A stretch of 64,000 nt of DNA from the human T2T-CHM13v2.0 reference genome, Homo sapiens (GCF_009914755.1 NC_060932.1), one strand, 5' to 3'. Positions 33,241-49,681 are shown, counted from the stretch's first letter. Made by a program: numbers and translations. The notes: generated by a model not told the origin, from the letters alone.

Positions 33241-33800
33241 TATTTTAAATCTGTCAGAGTGTCACAGGTAGGAAGTGGATGCCACATAAGCCAAGCAGGG
33301 CTGTGTATTCATCCAGCCTTGTGACTTACATTCCAGAGAGATGTGTCAGGCAAAATGGTGACAAAGGGTCCAGAATTACTACTGTTTGAGTAAGACTGCT
33401 GAAATGGTTTTGGATTTTGTCCATAGTACAACCATTTTGGTGGTATTTCCACATAGTAGCCTGTGATGAAAGTGTTCCAGACACTGAGAGCACCTATTTG
33501 AAATGACTAAGGTTGGAGAAAAGGGAAGAGTGAGTCTACATGCTCAAAATACATTAATCATTCAGAAGGATAGGCTAGAACTGGATAGTTCCAATTGCAT
33601 TCCACTGCATAGCTCTCAGAAGAGTGATAATACATAGTCGTAGATAAAACGGACTGGTGCTTTTTGCGTTCTAGATTCTGTGGCCCATCTGCAGGTCCAT
33701 CTACTCATTCAGTCCTCATAGTGACCTTATAAGAATGGTGCTTTTATTATTCTTGTTAAAGAGATGGGGAAACACATTATTCAAGAGTTTAAAAACACAT

Positions 33801-34412
<612 letters not shown>

Positions 34413-34569
34413 TCAAAAGCATACTTTTATGTAATAAATGTATCATTACTCTAAATCTCAAAAAGTAGGACAGAAAAAAAAAAAGAAATAAAATGCTTCC
34501 ACTTGGAAAGCTAAAAAGTTAGTCCCTGGAAAGAATAGATTATTCTAAATAAGCTGTCTTCTGTACTGA

Positions 34570-35540
34570 GTATTTATTCGTTTATTCATTTGATTAATAT
34601 TTACTAAACATACACTATATGCCAGATCCTCTGCATAAATTTGATAATTTTTTTTTCAAGGCTTAAAAATCACTAGTTGCTCTTTTTATCATAAAGATTA
34701 AGATCTAAAATTCTTGGTTTTCATTGCAGGTTTATCTTTCTCTAACTCTTTTCTGTTTTTTACCTTTTAAAACAACCAGTTCCCGGATATTACGGTTCCC
34801 ATAACATTTAGTGCTCTTCCATTCCTCCACACATTGGCAGATTCAGCTTCCTCTGCCCAGTTCCTTTTCTCAAAGAGATTGTAGTCTAATAGACATAAAA
34901 ACAAATAAGTATGATTGAATGTCATAGATAACATAATGCAGGTCTAATCAGAGAAAAATGAGACCAAAAGTAAAAAGTAGTCATAAGTATCAGAATACAA
35001 GTAATAAGGGCTGGGGATGAGGTTGGCATTTCCTGAAAAGAAAATCTTCATGAGATAGAAGCTTGAATTGAGTCTTCAAAGGCAAATAGATCCTTCTCAG
35101 GAAGACTGAAGGTAGTGAATGCGCGGAGACACTAAGCAGTGCTTGTGTGGGATATGCACAGGGCTAGGGACAAGGTCCTGGGCGGAGGCAGCTGGATCTG
35201 AAAATGTGCAGAGGCATAGGCATGGAAGATCACTCAGTGTTATGGGAACTGTGAAATCAAGGAACTGGATGTTTTAAAAGGTAAAAAAATAAAAAAATAA
35301 AAAAAAGGAAAGACTGAAAGATAAACTTAAAAGGAAACCAAGAGTTTGGAGCTTAATCTGTATGATGAAAAGAGCCACTGCTGAGTTTTAAGCCATGAAA
35401 AAAATATGATTAAATTTATCTTCCAGAAATATCACTGATATATGAAGGATGAATTTGAATTGTGGGAGAAGTAGTATGGAAATTTAGCCTAGAAAGGAGA
35501 GGATAGATGGGAGAAATATTCAGTAAGCATAAAAATAAAT
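34570..35540. mobile_element. L2 fragments in mixed orientation
   Basis: TTCATTTGATTAATATTTACT...ATATGCCAG; GAGCCACTGCTGAGTTTTAAGC...ATGATTAAATTT. Confidence 0.6.
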
Positions 35541-36749
35541 GGATAAATTCACTCTCGCCATGCTCTTCCCTGCCAAACCAAACCAAACCAAACGTTGTGA
35601 CTGTTCCTCACCTAACTATAATTAATGCAGCACAATGCCTGGCAAATAATAGATGCTCAGTTTGGCTCAGAATTATGACCTTGGGGGTAATTTGAAGGAA
35701 AAAAATAATTGTTTAGTGGAATGAATTTTAAAATAATCTTGAGGCATAGTGAAAACCTTAACACATTATTCTGTACAATCTTTATTACTTATTCCTGAGA
35801 AGTATACTATCAAGATGAAAGAGAACAAAATGACAAACAAATATATTACATTGGTTCTCCAAATGTCACTATAGGTGTCCAATAATAAGAAATAGAAAGG
35901 AACTTAAAATAATCAATTTGTGACTTTGTTTGCAAAAGAATCCCTTTGAAAATAGCTTTTGAGTAAATAACCTTTTATAGCTAACCACTTTGGGAAATAT
36001 TGTTTTCTATTACAAAATCACTTTTGGACCTGAGAGAAATAAAAGATTTAACCTATCTTAGAATCATAATTGTAAGTCTTCATATGGTACTAGTTGTGTT
36101 CTCGAAATGTATCCCCCAGCTATGTCAAAAATTGTATTTGTTTTAAAAGTGAAAAATGCCTCTGAATTACAATGGAAAACCTAATTCCAATTCTCACTTA
36201 TAAATGCCTGCATATCTGTTATTGTACTGTTGTTTATCAGTGAGAATGATATTGCATTGTGGGAAAATAGGTCAGGGTTTTTAGTGAGTACATAACAGCT
36301 AAAAAAGAATAAAGTTTACTAATTGTTATCTACATTCAAGTTATGCTAGCAAATAATCATTGCTTGGAGCGAATACATGACTCCCTCTGGACTCAAAGGG
36401 TATAGCCATTCAACAAGTGGGAAATTGAGCTTTTAGGTCTGCTTTCATATAATGCATAATGGAACCAAGAAGCAGCAGTATTCCTGCCTTAGTACTTTCT
36501 GAAATCACCTCAAAATTCTAATAATTCGTGATTTGAAACTAATGGTCTGTTCACGGTGTGACCTTTTTCCTATGTTGCAAGCAGATAAAAAAAGTTAATT
36601 GTAAGAAACCAGACATATTTCCATAACAAAAGAATAAACATATTTATATAGTCACCTGACCAGGCTAAAGACATTTTCTCAGTGCTTATCAAGGTCGGGA
36701 TTTTATCTTGCTTTTCCTTTAGGACTTTATGTTAACAGGTTGCATTTTG

Positions 36750-37560
36750 AATTTTCATCTTTAATCATTCTTTCTTACCTGACCTACAGATACACTCATG
36801 TTTTGCCTATCTCAAATTTCCTTCCCCAAAGATTTTTCTTCTATTACCTACAGTTAATATTGCCCCCTCTCTTGTTTTTCCTTTACTGCCACAATTTTTC
36901 CCTCTGACTCCTTATTTCTGGGAGAAACAAGAGTTATCTGTCTTTGAAACATCAAAACTGAGTCATTTCAACTTCTTCACCTTCAAGATTTACTTCCAAT
37001 CAGTCACATAGTTTATACATGTTTACGTATCAATTTTTTCATGCCTGTCCTCTTATTTTTAACCTTGCTGTCCAATAGACAACATTCCTAATGTGGGATC
37101 TGGATTGTTGTAATTGCCTCCTAACTGGTTTCTTTTCAGAAATCTTTCCCTTTAATCCTTTCTAAACAGAGCTGTAGTAATAATCCTCCTAAAGGTCGGC
37201 TTTGAGAATGTAATCTCTATGTTAATAATAATACTACTCAACAACAAAATCCAATCGATTCTTATTTACTAAGCATTCACAACCCTTCAAATTCTGACCC
37301 AAATTACACCCACTGCTGTTTCCCCGACTTTTCTCCTTTCTACTCCTATGTGCCAGTTTTCTCATGTTATTCACTCTGTCCCACACCACAGGCTTTTCCA
37401 TCTCTATGCTTTTCTGTATGTTCTTTTCTTTATCAGAAATCCCATCAACTCCAGTCTTTGCTAGTAGAAATATTATCTATTATTTAAGGCTCAACCTAAA
37501 TCCCATCTTCTCTATAATTCTTTCTTTGGTTCCCTGATAGGTCACCTCTCTCCTATGAAC
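36750..37560 (+). mobile_element. L2 fragment
   Basis: CTGGATTGTTGTAATTGCCTCCTAACTGGT; TTTAAGGCTCAACCTAAATCCCATCTTCTCT. Confidence 0.7.
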
Positions 37561-38819
37561 TGAGTTTTGAAAAATGTTTTTTGTTTGTTTGTTTTTTGTA
37601 AAGGCAAGGTATCCGGACAAAAAATTTCTTCTGATTCAGTTATTTTCTTCTGTATAAGTTCATTAATTCTTAATGTTAATGCCCATTAAAGTTCATTAAT
37701 ATTTATTTGTAGAGACAGGCTGATTGCATTTGGTTGGACTAAAAAAATTTAGTTGTAAATGGAATTTTTTGGATACATTATAGTCATTGATCTACATAAG
37801 CTCCTGACTTGTTTTCTTTATTACTCTTCATCCCCATTTCCTTTTGCCATTTTCCTGTTCTCCTGTAATGAGTGCAAAGTATATCTTCACTAATGTCTTC
37901 TTAGAAGGTATGTACTGCTGCTCATGTGCAAATATATTTAATTTTAATAGATTCTGCTCTACTTCTTGTTTTCTTATGTTTTCATCTATATTGCTCTGTG
38001 AAAATATAGTTCATTTATTCTAACTAATGCCTAGTACTCCATGCAGGGTTGTTTTTCAGTTGTTATGCATGTGCATGGTCATACAGGTTGTTCAACTATA
38101 GAACTGACTTCATATGGATTGGCAAATATCTCTGCTTAGGGTCTCCTAAAGCCTCCTCCACTGGATCTCTGGATCTCTCCACAATCCAGCATCTACAGGG
38201 TTAACACTAAACCCTCCCCCACTTTTCTTTTTGGAAGGGGAGGTGAAAGGTGTCCAGGACGCTGCTTCAGTGCCAAGGCTGGTATTCATTTTGATTGCTT
38301 TGAGCATCATTCCTGACTGCTGTGAATCCACCACATTCTGATGATTTGTTCTTCTAGTGACAGACAGCTAGATTGTCTCCAACTGTCTGCCACCTCAACT
38401 TTCTGCCACCGCCAACTTTCTGCCTGATGAACATCTTTCTGCATATCCCTCTGGATATGTGTGAGAATTTGGGATATATCATTAGATACAGAAAGTCTGG
38501 GTCATATGTTACACTTATCCTTAATTTGATCAAATAATGTCAAGTACTATGGAGGTGTAAGGATGTGGGAACCCTATGTGCTACTGATGGGGATGGAGAT
38601 TAAAAGTTTATTTCTCTCTCCTCTAGCAATCTTGTAGCTCTGCTCCCCAAGGCTATTCAGGAATACATTTTTATTTCGTTTCAGTGCTCAGTCACCAGCT
38701 AGGGACAGTGTAGTTGAAACTGGGTTGCTGACCCATCTGCATTCTCATGAAAACAAGGAAATGAAGGCAGCCCAGGAAAAGCAACTTTCTTTTGAGCAGT
38801 GCGGTGGAATTTTTACATA

Positions 38820-40041
38820 CAGTCATGCATTGCTTTATGACAGGAATACGTTCTGAGAAATGTGTTGTTAGGCAATTTTGTCATTGTGCAAACATCATAG
38901 AGAGGACTTACCTAAACCTATATGGTATAGCCTACCACACATCTAGCCTATATGGTATAGCCCATGGCTCCTAGGCTACAAACCTGCACTGCATGCTACT
39001 GTACTGAATAATTCGGGCAATTGTAACACAATGGTAAATATTTGTGTATCTAAGAACATCTAAACATAGAAAAGGGTATGGTTACAATAAAAATACACGA
39101 TAAATAATAAGAAAAAGGTACACCTGTAGAGGGCACTTACCATGAATGGAGCTTGTAGGACTGAAAGTTGCTCTAGTGAGTCAGTGAGTGAGTGGTGAGT
39201 GAATGTGAAGCCCTACAACATTACAGTATGCTACTGTAGACGATATAAACGCTGTACACTTAAGCTACACTCACTTAATAAATTTTTTTAATAATAACCT
39301 CTTACTGGAACTTTTTACTTTACAAACTTTTGAATGTTTTTAACTTTTTCACTCTTTTGTAATAACACCTAGCTTAAAACACAAACACATCGTGCAGCTG
39401 TACAAAAGTATTTTTTCTTTCTATCCTTATTCTGTAAGCTTTTTTTTCCTACTTAAACACTTTTAAATTTACCATTTGCTTTCTAAACTGTTCATTAGAA
39501 ACTGAGACACAAACACAGACATTAGCCTAGGCCTATGCAGGGCCAGGACCATCAGTGTCACTGTCTTCCAGCTCCACGTCTTGTCCCACTGGAAGGGCTT
39601 CAGGGGCAATACCCATGGAGCTGTCATCTCCTATGATAACAACGCCTCCTTCTAGAATGCCTTCTGAAGGAACTGCTTGAGGCTGTTTTACAGTTAACTC
39701 TTCTTTTAATAAGTAGAAAGAGTACACTCTGAAATAATAATGTAGTATAGTAAATATATATTTACTTGAGTAAACCAGTAACATATTCACTTATTATCAT
39801 TACTCCACTTATTATATACCATACATGATTGTATGTGCTATATTTTTATATGACTGGCAGCACGGTAGGTTTGTTAACACAAGCACTACCACAAACATGA
39901 GAGTAATGCATTGCACTACAATATTATGATGGCTGCAACACCACCAGGTGGTAAAAATTCTTCACCTCCATTATAATCTTATGGGACTACTGTCATATAT
40001 GTGGTCCCTCATTGCTCCAATTGTTTTGCAGCTCATGACTG
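38820..40041 (-). mobile_element. Full-length Tigger3b-like non-autonomous DNA transposon, inserted in an MLT1-like LTR
   Basis: TIRs CAGTCATG...CATGACTG; TA duplication at 38818-19 and 40042-43; ~1.22 kb; CCATTATAATCTTATGGGAC. Confidence 0.9.
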
Positions 40042-40336
40042 TATATTCTAATGGAAAGAACTTAGTCACATTGTCACAATTAACTGTAAGAGAGGATAAG
40101 AAATGTAATCTCTAATTGTCTTGCCATGTGCCCAGCTAAAACTATACTATATTTAAAAAGGAAGTAGATTTCATATATTAATTAGAAATCTGCATGCCAA
40201 TTTAAAAATTGAGGTTTCTCTTTGCTGATTTTCAGAAGTTATTTATATATTAAATGGGTGGGTACTTTATAAGATAATGCTGAATGAGCTTTAGTTGTAG
40301 AAAGTTGGTAAGTCTCTTATGAAGAAATACAGACCC

Positions 40337-41254
<918 letters not shown>

Positions 41255-42309
41255 GACCCAAATTTCATCTCTGAAATAAAAGAAGTTCAGTACTTTAAAA
41301 TACTTATAACCAAATGCATAAATGTATACGATTTCAGAAAAATGTCCTCCCCCATCCTTTTAAAAAAGTTTCTGAGAATAAATTGGGTATCTGAGAAAGT
41401 TGCATTAAGTCTTTCAAAACACAAGAATACTCTGTAACTGAGTGAATCTGTCATTGAGTCACATTTAAAATGTTTACAGCATTAAATATATCAATTGATC
41501 TTGTTTAGAGTCAAATTGATCAAGATTCAGCAACTGAAGTTGTAGGGGTTGGGGGGGTACACTGTCAAGCACCACTTTGCCATACTTGATAAGACCTATT
41601 GTTCACTGCTTGAGAGAGCTACCTCAAGGAAAGAATTGGAAAAATAACACCCTTTTACTATGACAAGTAGAGTTGGCATGGAAACATTGTTATAATATGT
41701 TGGCATGGTAACCACCCTCTCCATGGTCCTGAAGGACCAGAGGAGTAGGGCTTGACATTTTGGCACATTATTTAGGACGTTGCTGATCCCTGATTCAACT
41801 CAATACTTTTATTTTGGGTTCTTATTTATTTTTCTATTTATATTATCCTGAAAAAATTCTGCTTATGGATATTACTCTTAACTTGATCATCTAGCACAAT
41901 CATTTTTCCATGGAAATTGCCTTAGAAGTCATTGAATTTATTTATATAGTGGTCATAAAAAGTTTTTCTCTTGAAATAATTCCCATTGGCCAAATAGTCT
42001 ACTTCCTATTATCCATGTTTATTTTCACTCCATTAAAATGTACTCATTTAATGATATCAGATATAAAACACACTGCACAATTATTGTGTTTAACTTCCAG
42101 GTACCATTGAAATTTTATTATTTAGGTAGCAGAAATAAAACTGAATGCTTGGGTAAATAGAAGCCAGTACTGGCAAACACTCATTGCACACTCAGTTTAT
42201 CATAACTATTAAAAATTTGGGAGTAATGGAGGGAAATAAAAACAGAATATAAGCTGCCTATTAACCTTCAAGATGATAATTTAGTGATTTATTAGCTGTT
42301 TAGTCTGTT

Positions 42310-42389
42310 TTAGATTGAACCATATAAAATTACCATTTTTGTAAGTAAAAAATGAGTGATTATTAGCAATTACAAACAGTTCAACCCAA
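42310..42389. mobile_element. MADE2 mariner MITE
   Basis: TTAGATTGAACCATATAAAATT...AATTACAAACAGTTCAACCCAA; 80-bp degenerate palindrome. Confidence 0.75.
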
Positions 42390-42542
42390 TATTTTTCTGA
42401 TCCTTTTTAGGGTGTAGTGATACAGTGTGATTCTTAAGCAATTAAGTCATCTGATTGACAGAATTTATATCTGAGTCATCTTTAATACCTACACTATGTC
42501 TTGAAGATGGTGTTTCATATAATACATATTTGTAGAAATATT

Positions 42543-43010
42543 TGTGATTTATCTGGCTGTCAAACATCAGTTTCCATTTCTAATGGCACTCTGTCTTTGT
42601 TTTGTGAAATTACCTCTCTCTCATTATGGGCAATCTTGGTGGGAGGTAATACTGGTGATGACTGCACACCGTGAAGCTGAAGTATTGAGACTCTCCTTCT
42701 CCTTGCCAGTTAATGGGCCCATGACATAAGCCAGGTCAAATGAATGCCTGGAAAACTAAAAATCTAGATAATAATGTAGGAGTTGGAAGAGTGGTCAGGT
42801 TAGCAACAAAGTAATCACCAGACATTTTATGCTCTGACTGAACCTTTGGTTTCTGCCTCTTGTTCCTCTGTAGCTCCTTGGCACCTGCCCACTTTTCAGC
42901 ATGACCTTCTAGCAATTCTGTGAGCTTTCCAATATACTTCCTATGAGTTACTTTTATTTTAAATTTGAATTTGTTTCAGTTGCATATAATAAAGAACCAT
43001 ACTGATGGAA
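42543..43010 (+). mobile_element. Old MLT1-like LTR
   Basis: GGGCCCATGACATAAGCCAGGTCAA; end GTTTCAGTTGCATATAATAAAGAACCATACTGAT. Confidence 0.55.
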
Positions 43011-43329
43011 TATTTATTGTTTTACTCATTGACTCATATGCATAAGTCAGAAATAAAAAATGCATAAATAAATAAATCACTATGAAGTGTAAAGAAAATG
43101 CTGATTATCCAATAGCCCTCCCCAAATGCCAACTTTCCCTCTAAAGCAATCCTTACAGAAAAATCTCAGAGGAATAAGCTACTACTCAGCTATTTTGAAG
43201 AATAATTTTTTTTGAGATTTTTTACAGTGACCTCTTTTTGCTATCTACTTCTGTCAGCTAAAAATCGACAAGAGATAGATTACAAATAATTCAAAACAAC
43301 TGAATGATTAATTCCTACTTCTTAACATA

Positions 43330-43640
43330 CAATTAATCATTTATTAGACATTTATTGAGTACTTACTATGTGCCCAGCATTATACTTTGCCCTGTAGAAA
43401 CAAGGTTAAATAAATAATAAATGATTATTACAATGTATCTGCACTAAGGAGAAATCAGTCTAGTCATGGGGAGAGAAATACACAGAATGAAATAGAGTAA
43501 GTTCTGTGTTTGAGTTTTGGCCAATGCAATGAGAGTCTAATGGAGGAAAACCTACATGTCTGTGAAAGAGGAAACTACATATGTCAAAGCAGAGAAAATG
43601 ATACTTGGGTTCACTATTGAAAGAGAGGAAATTTTTACAA
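43330..43640 (-). mobile_element. L2 3' end
   Basis: CATTTATTGAGTACTTACTATGTGCCCAGCA. Confidence 0.75.
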
Positions 43641-45899
43641 ATGGGAGGAACAAGAGGTAAGAGGATAAAGTTGATTAGTCATAGGAGTATGATAAAGTTG
43701 CTCAGTCATTGCATGTAATAGGTATATCATCGATACAAAATTTAGTGACAATACAGAAATTTTTAAATGGATAAGAAGGTTGATAAGTTGTGCAGGTTAC
43801 ACTGACATTTTAAATTAACTATGATTTTTGAGGATTCTTACTCTCCCTTTTATTAATCCAATAACCAAATTGTGAATTTAAGTCAAGAAATTCTTTTGGC
43901 TATGTTTTACAAGAACAACGCAAACATTCCTGCAATGAAAAGAAACCCTGCAATGTAAATAAAACTCAGAAGCTTACTTAATCTGAAAATGGAATTATCT
44001 GTTTTGAACAATACTGAATTTGAATGTGACACTTGACGTTCCTTTTCTGTTTTTATCTCAGAAGACACACTTGTTCTCATACTTCTATCGTTTAGGCTAG
44101 CTAAATTATCAATTTTACATGGTTTGTATATCTATCCCCAGCAAACTTGAGCCAAAGAGGAGTCATTTAAAAATAAGTGTGGTTCATTTCCCTGAACTCA
44201 GCCTTGAGTATATGTAATTCTAGAGCAAGAGGGAGGGAACTAGGAAGCATTGATTCACAGATGTTGCTATGCTGTCATCATGATGCTTCTAATGTTCCAA
44301 TGCAGTATTTACTGAGCAATCAGAAAATGCCTATCTTTCCCCTTATTTAATTCACCTGGATCAAACATATGTAAGGACTGTAATGTTCTTCATTATTAAC
44401 AGATACAGTCTATACTCATTTTTTTTTTACCCTGTTCCTTTCTGCCTTCTGTGATGTAAGAGTTTTGTCTAGCGAAAATCACCTTTAACTTCAGCCTTAT
44501 TTAAACCTTTGCATAAAACACAAATCATATGAAGAGACTGTAAGACTTTTGTCAGTAAGAATGGAAAGCTTTAGTTACAATGACTATATTAAGTACAGCT
44601 GTTCACCTTGGGAAAGAGGAAATTAGATGAGGCCGTGGTGAGAAGGACAGCTCATGCGAAAATGTCTCAGATAATTTTTATTTATACTCTAGTAATATGG
44701 GACAGCTCTCCTCTTAATTATGGGCTACATTGGAATAAATCCTCAGACTGGAGCATTATGGTTATTGTTGGGATGCCAATTGTCACCCTTACTCTTAAGA
44801 GTGTTGCGGATCCTGTGTAGAACATAGTTATTGAGCTACAAACATCCAGCCATGAGGGGAGAGTGGGATGATTTACTCCAAGTGGGATGATTTCCAAGGG
44901 TCACGAGTTAAGGGAGAGAAAACCACATCAATCAATGGCCACCCTGTAATTTGTTTATTGTCCAAGAAAGAACTGAAGCTTTTTATTACACCAGTTTTAT
45001 TCAGTTGAGTTTAACACTATTGTATTAGGCCGTCCCTCTGTTCAAATGATAGAAAAGGACTAGTGACCCTAGGAAAAGAGAATTATTAGCTTCCTACTGG
45101 GGACAGAGGAGGATAAAAAGAACTGTGAGAAAAAAGTAGTCACAGTAGGGTCTTTTTGGAACAAACCATCTAAAGGTATCTTTCTTAGCTTCCACATTTG
45201 CCTTCATGGGGGAGCTTCATGTGTGCAATATTTACCCAATGTTGGTGTTTGGTGAGCATGCCCTAGTGAAAGGCAGTTAGAGTTTCAGTTACCCAGAGAA
45301 CCAACTCTTGGGCAGAGACAATATGGATCTATGTTTAGATAGATGTTGATAACTCAGCCAATAACAAAGACAGAGGGGATTTCTAGAGAGAGTGATATAG
45401 TCTAGACTTGATCACATATTTGGGGAATAGGAGAGATATTGCAACCTTGCCATCTTCTAATAGAGATATCTCTTCCATTTCTTTTTCTTCTGGAGCAATG
45501 TAATATATTTTCACTGATCATCTTACAAGATTAGTTAGAAAAAACTCTAAAATAGATTTTTCAAACACTTCTCTATGAAAACTTTCAATTTGTTCTGAAA
45601 CTTAGACAACCTGTCTCAATTTGTTCTAAAATTGCTAGTATCTTCCTTTTGAATGCAAAATTAAGAAAAAACAAATCTAACATTTAGTTTTTTTTAAATT
45701 TCTGGTCAAAATTGTCTTTAAAATTTTACTTACAATTCATTTATTTTAGGTTTTATGATTCTACTTTTGTCATGTTGTAATAAAGAATATAATAGCAGGA
45801 AATTAAAGAGTTTTTGACAAATAGAATTTCTGTACTTTGAGTTAACAAATAAATGGTCTCTTGTTTTCTTCTCTCTCACTTATTTTTTGGAAAACATGC

Positions 45900-46225
45900 T
45901 GTATTAGTCTGCTTGAGCTACTATAACAAAATACCATAGACCTAGTAGTTAAACAACAAAAATTTACTTCTTTACAGTTTAGGAGGCTAGAAGTCCCAGA
46001 TCAAGGTCCAGCAGAATTATTTTATAATGAGGACTTTCTTCCTGTCTTCTCTGTTTCATCAAGTATCAGTGGGAGAGAGACAGAGAGATAAAGAGAGAAA
46101 ACGAGAGAAAGAGAGAGCAACAGAGAGCAAGGAAGAAAGCTCTCTCTAGTGTTGTCTTATAAAGGCACACTGGGAATTAGGGCTTCAACATATAAATTCA
46201 TGTAGGACACATTGAGTCCATGACA
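45900..46225 (-). mobile_element. MLT1A0-like LTR
   Basis: TGTATTAGTCTGCTTGAGCTACTATAACAAAATACCATAGAC...TTAGGGCTTCAACATATAAATT. Confidence 0.82.
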
Positions 46226-46531
46226 CGTAGTATACCTTCATATCTTTATCTTAGATGAAATTCAGGCCTATTCTGATCCTCTTTAAAACACCTTTTCTCT
46301 TTGATTCTTTTAGCAAATGCTTATATTAATTTAACTTTCTGCATTCTTTTGCTAGGCCGTTCTTGTTTGTGCTTTGCATTATACTCGATGTTGGTTGGAA
46401 GACATGGTCTCTGTTTGAGAAGAAGTTGCATCAGTTGAATTATTATAATTAACATTTACTTCAGAATTACTATGAAGATAGAATAATTTAATGTTGGTGG
46501 AAGCACTTTGTAAATTGTCAGGTGTTATATG

Positions 46532-46612
46532 CAGATGGTTCCCAGTTTATGATGGCTTGACTTTACATGGGTTTGTTTGATTATAACCCCATTATAAGTA
46601 AAGGAGCATCTG
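46532..46612. mobile_element. MER47-like Tigger MITE
   Basis: TIRs CAGATGGTTC...GGAGCATCTG; AACCCCATTATAAGT. Confidence 0.7.
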
Positions 46613-46654
46613 TGCATGTAAAGCAGTACTGCTATATTATTTAATAAAGGCCTG

Positions 46655-46915
46655 TTGATATGAACAATGATTTTTTGGATATAATTTCAAAAGTATAGGC
46701 AAAAAAAGTAAAAATAGACAAGTGGTATTACATTAAACTAAAAAGCTTCTGAGTAACATAGGAAACAATCAACAGGGCAAAAAGACAACCTATGAAGTGG
46801 GAGAATATATTTACAAACCATACATCTGATAAGGAGTTTATAGTCAAAATAAATAAGGAGCTCAGACATTTCAATAGTAAGAAATAAACAAACAAAAAAC
46901 AATTAAAATATGGGC
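46655..46915 (+). mobile_element. L1MA-like ORF2 3' fragment (probable host element)
   Basis: AAAATAGACAAGTGGTATTACATTAAACTAAAAAGCTTCTG; CATACATCTGATAAGGAGTT. Confidence 0.8.
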
Positions 46916-49360
46916 AGGACGGGCAGAGCAAGATAGCCAAATGGAAGACTCCACTGATCATCCCCCTTGAAAAAACAGCAAATGTAACAACTATCTACAC
47001 ACAAAAAATTACCATCATAAGAACCAAAAGTCAGGTGAGCTCTCACAGTATCTGGTTTTAACTTCATATTGTTGAAAGAGGCACTGAAGAAGGTAGGAAA
47101 GACAGTCTTGAATCACAGATGTCATCTCGCTCCCATTCTGTGGCAGTGGTTGTGTGGCATGGAGAGAGAATATGTGTTTCGGAGAAGGAGAGTGCAGCAA
47201 TTGTGAGACGTTGCATTGAACTCAGTGCTGCCCAGTCACAACAGAAAGTGAAACTGAGCTGAACTCAGCTGATGCATGTCCACAGAGGGCATATTTAAAA
47301 CAGCCCTACCCAGAGAAGAATCATCCATCCCAGTGGTCAGAATGTGAGTTCCAGCAAGCCTTGCCACTTCAAGCTAAAGTACTCTGGGACCATAAATAAA
47401 CTTGAAAGGTAGTCTAGGACACAAGGACTGCAACTTCTGGGTTAGTCCTAGTATCAAACTGGGCTTAGAGCCAGTGGACCTAGCGGGGGTTGGCGGGGGG
47501 GGGGGGTCACATGACCTACCGAGACATCATCAGGCTGGCTAAGGGAGTGCTTGCAACCCCCCCTTCCAACCTCAGGCTGCACAGCTTGTGGCTCCAAAAG
47601 AGACCCCTTCTTCTGCTGAGCAGAGGAGAGGGAGACAAAAGAGGACTTTGTCTTGCATCTTGGATACTGGCTCCACTACAGTAGGATACAGTACCAGTCA
47701 GAGTTGTGAGGTCCCCTTCCCAGGCTCTAGCTCCAAGATAGCATTTCTAGACACGCCCTGAGCCAGAAAAGGGAAGGACCTACTCCTGGCAGGACCCAAC
47801 ATCTGCTGACTAAAGAGCCCTTGGGCCCTCAGTAACCAGCAGTGATACTGAAGTAGTACTCAGTGGACATTGTATGAGTCTCTGAGACTCGCTGGCTTCA
47901 GGTGAGACTCAGCTGTTGTGGCTATGAGGAGAGACTTCTTCTGCTTGAGTAAAGTAGAAGGAAAAGTAAAAGAGGATTTTGTCTTGTACCTTTTGTACCA
48001 GCTCGGCCACAGAGGTGTACAGCATCAAGTAGGCTCTTGGGGTCCCTAATTCTAGGCCTTGGCTTGTGGATGGCACTTCTGGACCTGCCCTGGGTGAGAG
48101 GGGAGCCTACTTCCCTGAAGGGTGAGTCCCAGTCAAGGCACCATTCACTATAATCTGACTGAAAAGCCATTTGGCCTTAAGTAAACCTTGATAGTAGCCT
48201 GGCAGTATGCCCCATGGGCTTGTGGTGGTGGTGGCCATAGATGAGGCTCCTCTGCCTGTGGAAAGGGGAGGGAAAAGTGGGAAAGACTGAATGCATCTCG
48301 TGGTTTGAATGCCAGCTCAGCTGCATTTCAGTATGGAACACGAGGTAGACTTTTAAGATTTTTGGCTCCAGTCTCTGGCTCCTTGAGGGCACATCTGGAC
48401 CTACCCAGGGTGTGGGGCAACTTGGTTCCCTGAAAGGAAGGACACAAGCATGGGCTGGCTTCACCATCTACTGATTGTAGCAACATAGGTCCCTCAGCAA
48501 ACATAGGCAGTAGCCCAAGTGGTGTTCACAGCAGGCCTTGGGTGAGACTTAGTGCTATGCTGGCTCAGGTCTGACACAGTAAAGTCCCAGTGTTGATGGC
48601 CACAAAGATGCTTCTGTATCTCTCCCCAAGCTCCAGGCAGCTCAGCACAGAAAGAGAGACTCCATATGTTTTGGAGAAAGTAAAATAAGAGAACAAGAGT
48701 CTCTGACTGGTAATCTAGAGAATTCTTCCAGATGTTATCCAAGGTACTGCTATGAATCTGCAAGAACCACAGCATTACTGGGCTTGAGGTGCCCCATAAG
48801 GCATACATGGCTTAGATCACAATACTGAAGTCCTTTTTGAATACCTGGAAATCCTTCTCAAGAAGGACAGGTATAAAGAAGCCTAGACTATGAAGACTAC
48901 AATAAATACCTAATTCTTCAATGCCCAGAAACAGATGAACATCCGCAAGCATCAGGACCATCCAGGACTACATGTCCTCACCCAATGAAGTAAATAAGCC
49001 ACCAGAGGCCAATTCTAGAGAAAGAGATACGTGACACTTCCGATAAAGAATTCAAAGTAGCTCTGTTGAGGAAACTCAAAGAAATTGAAGATAACCCAGA
49101 GAAGGAATTCAGAATTCTATCAAATAAATGTGTGAAAGAGATTGAAATAATTAAAAAGAATTAAGTAGAAATTCTGTGGTTGAAAAATGCAATTGACATA
49201 GTAAAGAATGCATCAGTCTTTTAATAGCAGAATGAATATGCAAAAGAAAGAATTAGTGACTCTGATGACAGACTATTTTAAAACACACAGAGGAGACAAA
49301 AGAAAAAAAAAAGCACGCCTAGAATCTAGAATCTAGAAAATATTCTCAAAGGGTAAAACT

Positions 49361-49681
49361 TTTTATTATTATACTTCTAGGGTACATGTGCACAACGTGC
49401 AGGTTTGAAACATAGGTATACATGTGCCATGTTGGTTTGCTGCACCCATCAACACATCATTTACATTAGGTATTTCTCCTAATGATATCCCTCCCCCAGT
49501 CCCCACCCCCTAACAGGCCCTGGTGTGTGATGTTCCCCGCCCTGTGTCCAAGTGTTCTCATTGTTCAATTCCCACCTATGAGTGAGAACATGCAGTGTTT
49601 GGTTTTCTGTCCTTATGATAGTTTGCTGAGAATGATGGTTTCCAGCTTCATCCATGTCCCTGCAAAGGACATGACCTCATC
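49361..49681 (-). mobile_element. 5'-truncated L1PA6/7-like insertion within the old L1 ORF1
   Basis: Antisense L1PA 3'UTR; TSD TTCTCAAAGGGTAAA(A/T)CT at 49343 and 49682. Confidence 0.92.
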
